From Emiliania huxleyi CCMP1516 (taxonomy: Eukaryota), in assembly GCF_000372725.1 (NCBI RefSeq), contig NW_005201851.1, positions 91,683 to 122,486 of the forward strand: a stretch of 30,804 nucleotides of DNA. Reading direction: 5' to 3'. Position numbers and translations under genes: made by a program. Positions 11,508-21,566 of this stretch are shown piece after piece. The notes below the pieces were generated by a model. The model did no database searches. It saw only the letters and a program-made list of their open reading frames with translations, and was not told the origin of the DNA. Numbering within the stretch: the first letter of the stretch is position 1; each line of letters opens with the position of its first letter.

Positions 11508-11629
11508 CGCGGGCCTTCTAGGCCCGCGGGTAGTCTCCCCCCATTCCCAGGGCCTCCAGGGCTCACACCTCAACCTCTCACAGACCAGCGCACAGCGCCA
11601 TAGGAGGTATTTTCTTCTCAACAACAAGG
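11508..11629 (+). repeat. Short dispersed repeat (second copy ~14539-14655) forming the right end of the 8.4-kb insertion
   Basis: Shared blocks CCCAGGGCCTCCAGGGCTCRCACCTCAACCTCT, AGACCAGCGC and ATTTTCTTCTCAAC. Confidence 0.8.
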
Positions 11630-11698
11630 CTGTGAAGTGGCAAGTGGGCGGCGAGGTGTCGGTGTGAACGCACCGACTAGGAGTGGGGGAGGCCTCAC

Positions 11699-11715
11699 CG
11701 TGCAGATCGTGAGTC
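11699..11715 (-). CDS. 17-nt micro-exon of the astacin gene (W-THDLH-G)
   Basis: GAAG|GACTCACGATCTGCACG|GTGAGG with branch point CACTAAC upstream. Enters in phase 2 and exits in phase 1, exactly reconciling exon 1 with the catalytic exon. Confidence 0.7.
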
Positions 11716-11787
11716 CTTCGGTAAGCGCGGGTTAGTGCTCACTAACCCGGCACGCGGCACGGGTTAGCACGGGTCAGAACGGGTTAC

Positions 11788-12503
11788 CATAACCCGACGG
11801 AGGCCGGAGGGTGGGCGCCCACGGTTGCTGCGCCCGCGCAGGTGCTCGCCGAGGCGCCAATAATATTTCCCATGCCCGAGATGACGATCCGAGCGGTGTC
11901 GCTTTGAAGATCAATGTACCTTGGCGAGCTCGTGTTTGTCTCGTCCGGGTCCACCTCGAGAAAGCAGACGCAGGTCCGCTCCATGATGCTCGCCATCGCA
12001 GACTCCACCACGGCGCGGAAGTGGCCAACCCCGGCCTCCTCCGCAGCCCATTGGCCGGTAGGATTGCCATCGACATCGATTCGGATGCCAAGACTCTCCA
12101 TCTGGGCGGCCGTCGGGTAGAACCAGCGGACAACGCCGCCGGCCCACTTCGGCTCTTTTCTGTACCAGGCGAGCGAGCGCCTCTCCGCCGTGGCTTTGCC
12201 AATTGCAGCTGGCAGCGCCGCTGCTGCGTCCGCGGCGGCTGTGGCGCCGGGGCAGCGCTGCCCACAGGGCGGCTCGGCGACGGCGGCGCCACCACGCGTC
12301 AGCCAGATGCCGCCGTCTCTCCAAGCGCAGAAGGACGCGCAGCTGCTACGCGAGCATGTGTCACGGTCAGGCGCCGCGACGACGCAGACCAGCCGAGCCG
12401 AGCCGAGTCGCCGCACGCAGGAGGTGACTCCGATGGAGCGGTCGGTGTGGCAATCGGCGAGGAGAGGTGGTGGCGCCAGCGTCGCGAATACGAAGGCGAT
12501 CAT
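11788..12503 (-). CDS. Astacin gene exon 1: signal-peptide-like start, Cys-rich pro-region, N-terminal half of the M12A domain
   Basis: KWAGGVVRW, AMASIMERTCVCF and CAGAATVG match the astacin W..g.V.Y, AM..i...TCi.F and C.s.VG motifs. Donor TG|GTAACC at 11787. Confidence 0.85.
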
Positions 12504-12786
12504 GGAGAGCTACGGCGTCCAAGTTAAAAGAAAACGTGAATACGGCCGAAACGACGCCCTCTTCGGCGGCCTTCTTCGCGAGGAACTGGCGGCCAAACTC
12601 GTTGGTGCCCGCGAGCACAAGCGGGGCGATGGTGGAGAGGAAGAGGGCGCGCGCGTGCGTGTGTGTGTCCGCGCTGCAGCGATGATGTCACAGGACACCT
12701 CCGACTCGAACCCGAGACCCCACACAAAACGATAGCCCTTGAACCGCTAGACTACGGCCATGTTGCACATGTTACATGTACATGTA

Positions 12787-12822
<36 letters not shown>
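12787..12822. repeat. (GTT)n microsatellite
   Basis: About 11 tandem GTT units. Confidence 0.95.
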
Positions 12823-13887
12823 CATGTGATACTTTCTCTCTGTCTATCTATCTATCTGCGCTCCTTTGCGGAATTTTGTCTCTGTGGTTGACTGGCGGTG
12901 GCTGACTGGCGTGGTTTGCAACCGAATGAATGAACGCGAGGCATGCGCCTGGCGCTGTCCTGAGGACTCTTTGCTTGCACGCTGCGATTAGCCGACACGC
13001 GCCACATTGCGTTTGAGGACCTCTTTGAATGTTGAGGACCTCTTTCTTGCACCTTGAAGGATGAGGACATCTCTTCGTCTGCCGGTCTGCGGCTTCCGCC
13101 ACCGCACGTTGATCATCGCCGTGCCGCCGACGTCCAAGCCGACGTCCAAGCCGTCGTCGCTATCGCCGCTCCCGCCTCACGATGGTTTGGGCGATCTCGC
13201 TCTCCCGCCTCCTGGGGACCTGGGGATGCCTGGCCTCTAGTGCGCTACTCGAGTGGGCTCTCTGTTCAAAATATTGCCAAATTACGCACACATGTGCGCA
13301 GATAAACATCCTTAGAGTGCCACACACATTCTTTCCACGTGCGAATGTTCGGGTCGTCAACCGAGCTAACCGCGCCCCCCCCCGGGGGGGGAGGGGGGGG
13401 GCAGCGCGGGGCTATCGTGGACACGTGTGGTCACGGGGGAGTTGCACACGCGACACGGCACACCCAGCACGCGGTGCGGCCACTCCCACGCCGGCGGGGG
13501 CGCACGCGGTGTGATGTTTGCATCTTATTTGCTCGCAAAATGACAAGTTTGCGTGCAAATTTGCTGCAAATTTGACATTTCAAATCCATAAGAGTGACAC
13601 TATGGATTCCGGGTGACACAGGTTTTTCGGCCCCCCCCGCGTCTCAATCGGATGACGGATGCACATACACAAACAAGACACACGCTCGCCGAACAGCGGG
13701 TGGTGCACGCGCCCCCGAAGAATGAGTGTACACCGGACCACCGTCCACTATCTTGCCGGACTGTACACTGTCTCCTGCCCGTCTCCCTCGAGGGCTCTCA
13801 CCGCGGAGAGTGGAGAGTGGACTCAACGCTCCTCGCTCGCAGGACTCGGCGTCAACTTCTCGAGGCTCGAGCGAAGGCGGTCTCGGG

Positions 13888-14481
13888 TCAGGCGAGGACG
13901 CCGCAGCCAATCTTGGCGCCACCGGGCGCGTGCACGATCACAACGCGGTCCAGAGCCGTCATCGGGTTCACATTCAGGTCGGAAGCCGACAGCACCACGG
14001 TGAGGTCCGCCACGGTAGATCCAGCCGGCGTGTGCCACACCGCGTTGGCCTGGCCGTCGGAGAAGAAGCTGGCACCCCAGGGGTCCTCCGAGGCGTCAAG
14101 GACGGCGGGGTCGGACGGCACGTAGTAGTGCCCCTTGTTGGCGCCTGCAGGCGCGTCGCCCTTGACGGTCGTCTCGTTGCCGCACGCAAATCCTGTGCGA
14201 AGGGGAGGTGGGCGGGTGAGAGCGAGTGTGTTGTCAACCATGCATGGCGGAGTGGGCGAACCGTAGTGAATATGGATGCCGCCCGACTCGTTCGCGGGGA
14301 GGTTTTCCAGCATCGCGTGGAGCGTCAGCTCGGCGTCGGAGACGGTGACGGACACCGTGCCGAGGCTGGCGTCGCCGACGCCGAATGGCATGATCTCTGC
14401 CGTTTGGGTGGTGGACAAGGGCGTGCTCGAAAAGGCGTAAGCCTGCATGAGGAGGAGGGAGAGGACACACTCGCGAAGCAT
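13888..14481 (-). CDS. Secreted Cu/Zn-SOD-fold protein of Cu-only type; exons 14481-14262 and 14192-13888
   Basis: Signal peptide; GIHIH, GHYY, RVVIVH and KIGCGVL motifs. In-frame 69-nt intron GTTCGC...CGCACAG (14261-14193) gives HIHYGFAC and a 174-aa product. Confidence 0.88.
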   Translation of the reverse strand: MLRECVLSLLLMQAYAFSSTPLSTTQTAEIMPFGVGDASLGTVSVTVSDAELTLHAMLENLPANESGGIHIHYGSPTPPCMVDNTLALTRPPPLRTGFACGNETTVKGDAPAGANKGHYYVPSDPAVLDASEDPWGASFFSDGQANAVWHTPAGSTVADLTVVLSASDLNVNPMTALDRVVIVHAPGGAKIGCGVLA

Positions 14482-14538
14482 TTTGCGGTCGCCTCGGAAG
14501 CAGCGTCGGCTAGAGGTGCTCGTGAAACTCGGCGGTGT

Positions 14539-14655
14539 GGGCTGTGAAGAGGCCTGCGGGCGTGTCCCATCCCCAGGGCCTCCAGGGCTCGCACCTCAAC
14601 CTCTGCTCTCATATAGACCAGCGCGCACATTTTCTTCTCAACCAATACGACAGGG
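14539..14655 (+). repeat. Second copy of the short dispersed repeat, immediately upstream of the SOD-like gene
   Basis: Similar to 11508-11629. Confidence 0.75.
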
Positions 14656-15064
14656 TTGGACCCCGACCCCGACCCCACCCCTCGGGTGAGGGGACACGCC
14701 CCTGTCGGGCACCGCTTGCGGCGCCTGGCAGGGGCACCCCCTGGGTGGGGGCCGGCGATTCCCATGCCGGCTCTCCGCCACAACCCCCGCCGGAAGGGAA
14801 TCCCCGCTCACAGAAAAGGCAAAAGGGCTCCAAGCCCTGTCTCGCGCACGCCCCTGGCGGCCGCCGCGCGGATTTTACCCGGGCTTTTCGGCATTTTCTG
14901 CTTGCTGACCACTGAACAACAGTAACAACAGTAACAAACAGTAACAGCTTGGGCTGGAGAGAACACTCGAACAAAGTTGAGGATTTCAGCCAACACTAGC
15001 GCAACTGTTAGGCCCAAAGTTAACGTTTGACAGCTCCATTTTTGCCCCCCCCCCCCCCCCCCTA

Positions 15065-15840
15065 AGGCAGTCGATAAATCTTACCTTATATTTCCCGCTG
15101 GCCCCTTTCTTCGTTTCGCCGGCATCGCCAAAAGTGATACCAACATATGCCCCTCTCAGCAGAGCAGCAGCGCGAGCGCCGCGCAGTAAAGCGCGCTGCA
15201 GAGGAGGCAGCTGGCGTCTTCCGTCGCCGACGCGGTCGTCTCGCTGCAGGGCATGTGTGGGACGAGCAGACTGGCACAGCCGTGCCGCAGGCGACGCAGC
15301 CTCCAACGAGCCCATCAGCGGAGGAGGGTGAGAGTGTCCCTCTCACTGCTGGCCTGGCTGTGCCGCACTATTTGCTCGATCGCGGCGAGCAGGCCAGGAG
15401 ACCAGATCATATTGAATATATTGCTGCAATAGTTACAGAGGCGATCAATATCAATATATATTGCAATAGTTAGAGGAGAGGCTGGGCCTGGGCTGGTCAG
15501 GACCGTCAGGTTGCACTCAACATATATCAATATATCCAGCGGTGGCGGTCCATCCCGGGCTTGAAAATGGCTCTAAATCGTTCAAAACGGGCCCAAATCG
15601 CTTCAAAATCGCTTAAATCGCATTAAAATCGCTGCGATTTTTTCGATTTCAGCCCACGTCTAGGCGATGTGTAAATTAAGTAAATTAACAAACATCCGAT
15701 GTTTGGGACAAATGTCGACATTTGGTGCTCTTGTAAAATCAGCGATCGATATGTCAATATATTGTCAATAGTTAGAGGGGATGCTGTCAATAATCAATAT
15801 CAATAGTTACAGAGCGAGAATCAACATTTTTCGACTGCCT
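15065..15840. mobile_element. MITE-like element with TA TSD, 776 bp
   Basis: TA|AGGCAGTCGATAAATCTT ... AACATTTTTCGACTGCCT|TA (16/18 inverted match). Internal repeats of CAATAGTTASAG and ATCAATAT; AT-rich right half. Confidence 0.75.
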
Positions 15841-16080
15841 TACCCCCCCCCCCCCCCTTATTTTTTTTTTCATCTTTTTCTTTTTCTTTTACTTCTTTCA
15901 TTATTTTTTTTATTTTTTCTTTCCTTCTATTTCCCTTTTCCCTACTCTTATATTCTTTTTTATTTTTCTTATCCTCTCTTCTCTTCTTTTTTTTCTTTTT
16001 TTTCTTTCTTTCTCTTCTTTTTTATTTATCTCTTCTTTCTTTTCCTTTCTTCTTCTCTCTTTCTTTATTCCTTTTTTTTT

Positions 16081-16996
16081 NNNNNNNNNNNNNNNNNNNN
16101 NNNNNNNNNNNNNNNNNNNNNNNNNNNNNNNNNNNNNNNNNNNNNNNNNNNNNNNNNNNNNNNNNNNNNNNNNNNNNNNNNNNNNNNNNNNNNNNNNNNN
16201 NNNNNNNNNNNNNNNNNNNNNNNNNNNNNNNNNNNNNNNNNNNNNNNNNNNNNNNNNNNNNNNNNNNNNNNNNNNNNNNNNNNNNNNNNNNNNNNNNNNN
16301 NNNNNNNNNNNNNNNNNNNNNNNNNNNNNNNNNNNNNNNNNNNNNNNNNNNNNNNNNNNNNNNNNNNNNNNNNNNNNNNNNNNNNNNNNNNNNNNNNNNN
16401 NNNNNNNNNNNNNNNNNNNNNNNNNNNNNNNNNNNNNNNNNNNNNNNNNNNNNNNNNNNNNNNNNNNNNNNNNNNNNNNNNNNNNNNNNNNNNNNNNNNN
16501 NNNNNNNNNNNNNNNNNNNNNNNNNNNNNNNNNNNNNNNNNNNNNNNNNNNNNNNNNNNNNNNNNNNNNNNNNNNNNNNNNNNNNNNNNNNNNNNNNNNN
16601 NNNNNNNNNNNNNNNNNNNNNNNNNNNNNNNNNNNNNNNNNNNNNNNNNNNNNNNNNNNNNNNNNNNNNNNNNNNNNNNNNNNNNNNNNNNNNNNNNNNN
16701 NNNNNNNNNNNNNNNNNNNNNNNNNNNNNNNNNNNNNNNNNNNNNNNNNNNNNNNNNNNNNNNNNNNNNNNNNNNNNNNNNNNNNNNNNNNNNNNNNNNN
16801 NNNNNNNNNNNNNNNNNNNNNNNNNNNNNNNNNNNNNNNNNNNNNNNNNNNNNNNNNNNNNNNNNNNNNNNNNNNNNNNNNNNNNNNNNNNNNNNNNNNN
16901 NNNNNNNNNNNNNNNNNNNNNNNNNNNNNNNNNNNNNNNNNNNNNNNNNNNNNNNNNNNNNNNNNNNNNNNNNNNNNNNNNNNNNNNNNNNNNNNN
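16081..16996. other. Assembly gap (N run), preceded by a low-complexity CT tract at 15843-16080
   Basis: N characters in the sequence. Confidence 0.99.
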
Positions 16997-18772
16997 GGGA
17001 GGGCAGGGCGTCGGGACGGGGCGGGGCCTCCGCACTCCGCCGCGGTAGGTGACCGCGAGGGTCATCTCCGCCGCCGCCGCCTGCTCCTTGGCCAGCTGCA
17101 GGACGATGCGCCCGTCCGGCCGCTGTGAGCCTTCCTCCACCTCCTCCACCTCCTCCTCTGTAGCGGCTAGTTCTTCGAACGAGCGCAGCGCGGTGTCTGC
17201 GTCCACTGCGTTGCCCCCGTCAGCGGAAGTGCCGCCGGCCCTGAGCCGCCCCGCCTTGGTCGCCTCCTCGATGTGCTGCCTGATTGCGTCGACGCAAACG
17301 CTGTGGCCGTTCCTCTTAGCATACTCCAGCGCGGACATGCCTTCCGCAGAGCGTAGCGCCGAGCTCGCGCCCGCCCGCAGCAAACGGCGCACGATAGCGG
17401 GGAAGTTAAAGGCAGCGGCAAACATCAGCGCGGTGAAGCCATCGCTGTCTTGCATGTCGTAATCCGCGCCGTGCACCGCGCCGTGCTGCAGCAGCATGTC
17501 GATCACGCGCTCGTGGCCCTTATGTGCGGCGCTGATCAGTGCTGTGGTGCCGTTGCAGTCCTGTACACTTGATTGCGCGCCCTGCCCGAGCAACACTTCG
17601 ACCACGCGCTCGTGACCCGGGTACGCAGCGGTAAGCAGCGCGGTGCTACCGGTGCTGTCCTGCAAGTCTAACGCCGCGCCGTGCCGAATCAGCATGTCGG
17701 CCACCCGCGCGTGGCCTCCAAGGGCGGCGCCCATCAGCGCAGTGTGGCCGTCGTTTTCTCGCTGGTCCACCTTCGCGCCGCGCCGCAACAGCAGCTCGAC
17801 CGCCCCCTCGTGGCCTTGGCCGGCGGCGACCATCAGCGCAGTGAGGCCGCTCACAACGCCATCCCCGCAAGACGCGTTGACCTGCCCGCCGCTGTCGAGC
17901 CAACGCTTCAGCGCCGCCTCGTCGCCTCGCCCAGCCGCGAGCGCTTCCGTGTCGCCAAGGACGCCCAACGAGCTGGAAGAGGCCGCAATACTCGCCCCGG
18001 CCGCCGCTTCGCCCGCACCTCCCGCCTCCGTCTCGCAGAGACCCGCAGTCGCCGCGACGTGCTGCCTGAAGGCCGCGATGCACTCGGCGTGGCCCTCATC
18101 TTTAGCGATCTGCAGCGCGGTCTTGCCGTCCACATCGCGGGCGGTCGCGATTGCACCTTCCCGCAGCAGGCGGAGAACGGTGGCTGCGCGGTTGGTGTTG
18201 GCGGCGAGCATCAGTGCGGAGGCGCCCTTGCTGTTTTGCATGTTTATCTGTGCGCTGTGCCGAAGCAGCAAATCAACCACCTGCTCGTGGCCCATGCCGG
18301 TGGCTATCATCAGCGCGGTGAGGCCGTCGCTGTTTTGCATGTTGACGTCTGCGCCGTGCTGAAGCAGCACTTCGACCAACCGCTCCGATCCCGCGAAGGC
18401 GGCGTGCATGAGCAACGTCATTTGAAACTCGAGCTTTGCGTTGACCTGGCCGCCGCTCCTAAGCCATTCCCGAACCGTGACGTCGTCACCTCGCCCCACG
18501 ATCTCCCCGATATCATCCGGCGTAGGCACGGGGGGGAGGACCGAAGACGTACTCGCTCGCTCGCTCTCACCCGAGATGGGCGCGGCGGACCGGACCGGAG
18601 CTGCGACCACGGAGCTGCGCGGGCCCGCATTCCGGTCGGCGGCGCCCGGCGGTGCGGCGGGCGGGGAGGACAGCTGCGCTGCGTCTGCGGGAGCAGTGGG
18701 CGCGTGCACGGCGGGGGCTAGAACCCGCGCGCGCGCGAAGTCCTCGTCGTCCTCGATGTCCGAGTCTATCAT
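16997..18772 (-). CDS. Ankyrin-repeat protein with two clusters (~4 and ~6 repeats); 3' end lost in the gap
   Basis: Repeated G.TALM.AA..GHE.VV.LLL.HGA.VN.QD motifs in one long open frame. Confidence 0.93.
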
Positions 18773-19404
18773 CGCTAGAGCCGATGCGCGGGACCAGGGC
18801 GCGGAGTTCCGGTACTACTTGCACGTTGTGAAAAAAGAAAACTCTCCGAAACCTCCGTCTTTGCTCCAGACGGACGGGGCGATCTGCCTGCAAGCTCCCC
18901 CCTTCACCTCACGGCTTGCAGCCTGGCTCTCTATTGACATCCCCCTGTGGAATCGCTCAGAATCTCGCTGATCGAGATCCATCGGTTGCGAAAACTCTTT
19001 TTTCGACACCTGGTCGATCGACCGGGGGATGCCCCGTGCGCCTGACCCAGGCGCGAGAAACGAATCTGCGAGGCGCGGCCGCTTATGCGCCCCGATGGGG
19101 AGGAGTGGGGCGGTCGGGCGGACCACTACGGGGATCGGCCTCTTACACCGCCCTTCCCTGCAGCGAGCCCCCTCCAACCCACCCCGCTAAATGGCGGGTT
19201 TGACGCATGGGGTCACTCCCGCGAAACCCGTGAACTAGCCGGGGCAGTCGGAGAAGGGGCAACTCCGTGCACTGACGGTCGGCCGTCAGAAAACACGCCT
19301 GCGTGGATCGCGTCACACCAATCCTCGCTACCCAACGCGGCCAAAGGATACCCCCTCGAGAACCTCGAGAACACCTGACGTCCCCGCCAAGGAGGTGCAC
19401 TCTG

Positions 19405-19600
19405 AGGGAGGGTGTAGAGGATGTAGAGTGTAGAGCGCTGTAGAGCTGTAGAGATGTAGAGCGCTGGCTGGAGAGCGCTGTAGAGCGCTGTCCTGTAGAG
19501 CTGTAGAGCTCTACATCCGCCGCGGGACGACGCGCCTCCGTTGTAGAGCGATGTAGAGGCGCTCTACAACGTGAAATCTCTACAACAAACTCTACATCAT
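19405..19600. repeat. Cluster of TGTAGAG motifs with CTCTACA inverted copies; probable MITE end
   Basis: About 10 TGTAGAG copies and 4 CTCTACA copies, the latter towards the right side. Confidence 0.7.
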
Positions 19601-19808
19601 AAGCGGCGAACGAGGCACGGTCGCTCTCCGACATGAGGCGCGTTGCACTTGCCAGTGCTGCCCTGGCCTTCTGTCTGCCCGCCCAATGGGTGGCAGGTGC
19701 CTCTGCTGCTATTGAAACCTCCCAGATGACAGGACCTGTTTGTACGTGGCCTCATCGAGATCTCATTTCGTCTTGCTCCAGATCTCGAAAAAGAATTGCT
19801 TCACAACC

Positions 19809-21155
19809 AACCTGGTTTGTGGAGCTCCCGCACCTGTTCTGACAGAGACCTGGCCGTTCTGACAGCGTTCTGACAGCGTTCTGACAGTGTTCTGACAGCG
19901 TTCTGACAGCGTTCTGACAGCGCAAAATCCTCCCCTCTCTTCACAGCTCAGGGGCTCTGACGTTCCCAGTTGCCCCGCTCCTTCCCTCTTCCTATCTTGA
20001 AGTCTCCCTCCGAGCCACGGACGGACTCAACACACAGCACGTCCTCCCAAGCGCCAAGCCCAAGGCGACACTCTCACGTTGAGGCGTACCTAGGCCCTGT
20101 TCTGACACAAACTTGGTCCCCGTTCTGACACAAACTTCAACTTTCACTTCGAGTCCAAGTTCGCCTGTTCTGACAATCTGTAGGTAGGTAGGTAGTATCT
20201 GTTCTGACAATTTAAAAAGAAATGCGTGCACTGACATCAAGCGGGAGCGCGAACAGCTGTAACCGTCGAGCAGGAGCACGCCAAGGCCGCCATCATGCCG
20301 GGGCCTCGAGGCAGCAAACGCGCTCTTGCGATGGTCTGCGGCGCAGGCTGGAGCCCCGCGACAGCGCCGAAGAAGCTGCGGCCCGGCAGCAGCCACGCCG
20401 AAGCGCCGCAGCACAGTGTGCGATGTGCGGGCCCGGCGGTCCAGTTAGACGCGAAGGCTGCTTCCAAGACGGCAGCCTCGGGTCACGAGGGACCGAACGT
20501 GCCGCTTGCGACGCCGCCGCGCCGTCCTTTGGCACCACCGCCAAACGGCCCTTGCTCCTCCGCGACACGCGCCGCAGAGACGCGCTTGTCGCCGCCAAAG
20601 CAACAGCAGCAGCAGTGGCAGCGAGACTTAACGTCGGCAGTGCGGCCTCGCCGCAGCTCAGCCGGCGCTTGCCTTGCCCTGGCCAGGCGGCCGAGCAGGC
20701 GGTGCCCGCAGCCGAGGCAGATCAGCGGGATGGGCTCGAGCGGGCGCCGCCGCCCCCTGGCGCCGCGCCCGCAAAGGAGCCTGCAAAGGCGGCGGCGATC
20801 GGCGAGGCGGCGGCGCTCGCGTCTTGCAGATGTTCACACTTGGCCCGCTCTCGCGTGCTGGCAACGTTCTGACAGTACCCTACCCACAAAAGTGTTCTGA
20901 CAGCGTTCTGACAGCGTTCTGACAGCGTTCTGACAGCGTTCTGACAGCCGTTCTGACAGCTTTTTGACGGTAATTTACAGTTAAGACTCACCATCTGGTC
21001 TGAATAGAGGAGAGCGATATCAGTGTCGGTTACAGCAGAAAGATTCCTTAATTCTCTCCACTACAAAAAAAGTCCGGTGGGGAACCGACATCCTGGCCCC
21101 GAATGCCGTGCTCTCGAGCGTCGAGGAAAGGTGCGGGAGCTCCACAAACCAGGTT
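19809..21155. mobile_element. Non-autonomous DNA transposon, 1347 bp, perfect 27-bp TIR, 4-bp AACC TSD
   Basis: AACCTGGTTTGTGGAGCTCCCGCACCT (19809-19835) is the exact reverse complement of 21129-21155. AACC at 19805-19808 and 21156-21159. Internal GTTCTGACAGC arrays. Confidence 0.85.
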
Positions 21156-21566
21156 AACCTTCCTCAGCCTCTCCATCAAAATGCTGGGCCTCTTCTCCGC
21201 CTCATCAAGTCGCAGGGACCCGCCACCGTGTCGATCTTCGTGGATACTCCTCTCCTTCAAATCCCTGTGTCAGTGGTGGCGGCGCGCCGTCCCCCGTCCT
21301 CCCATTCATGAGGCAGCCGTCGGCATCCTCAGACGGCGACTCGGAGCCGGGGTGCCGGTCGAGGGCGAGGGGTCACGGGAGCGGCCGCGGCCGAAGACGA
21401 TACGAGAGAGACTCAGAAAACTACGGCAAACTCTAGTCCGGCGACACACTCGGAAGGTGAGCTCGCGAGCGCATTAGAGGCCGAGAGCCAGCGCAGGCCG
21501 TGGGGGCGCAATGCGCCGCATCCCGCGGATTCCGGGCGGCCCCCACCGCGGTTCGATAGGTGTGGG

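Larger units (their letters stand above)
3191..11629. mobile_element. 8.4-kb composite insertion in the astacin gene, flanked by a 3-bp CTG/CAG duplication
   Basis: CTG at 3188-3190 and 11630-11632. Removing the insert restores a 69-nt intron (GTGAGG...CCACTTCACAG) directly followed by the catalytic exon. Contains internal direct repeats, a satellite and a MITE; no transposase seen. Confidence 0.7.

Noticed and set aside
11729..11790. Telomere-like GGGTTA repeats
   Set aside because: A few spaced copies with ~10-bp period inside a 72-nt intron, not a tandem TTAGGG array.
12848..13640. Short ORFs and a possible poly-G/poly-C bounded element
   Set aside because: No recognisable domain, and I could not define a TIR or TSD beyond homopolymer runs.
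15781..17052. 423-aa Phe-rich ORF, and the 916-aa length given for the ankyrin ORF
   Set aside because: Both run through Ns. The CT-rich tract after the poly-C looks like low-quality read-end sequence.
17049..18971. Long + strand ORFs (17681-18721, 17643-18362 and others)
   Set aside because: Antisense shadows of the GC-rich ankyrin CDS.
20222..20900. Transposase inside the 27-bp TIR element
   Set aside because: The ORFs are low-complexity with no DDE or DNA-binding motif, and are too short.
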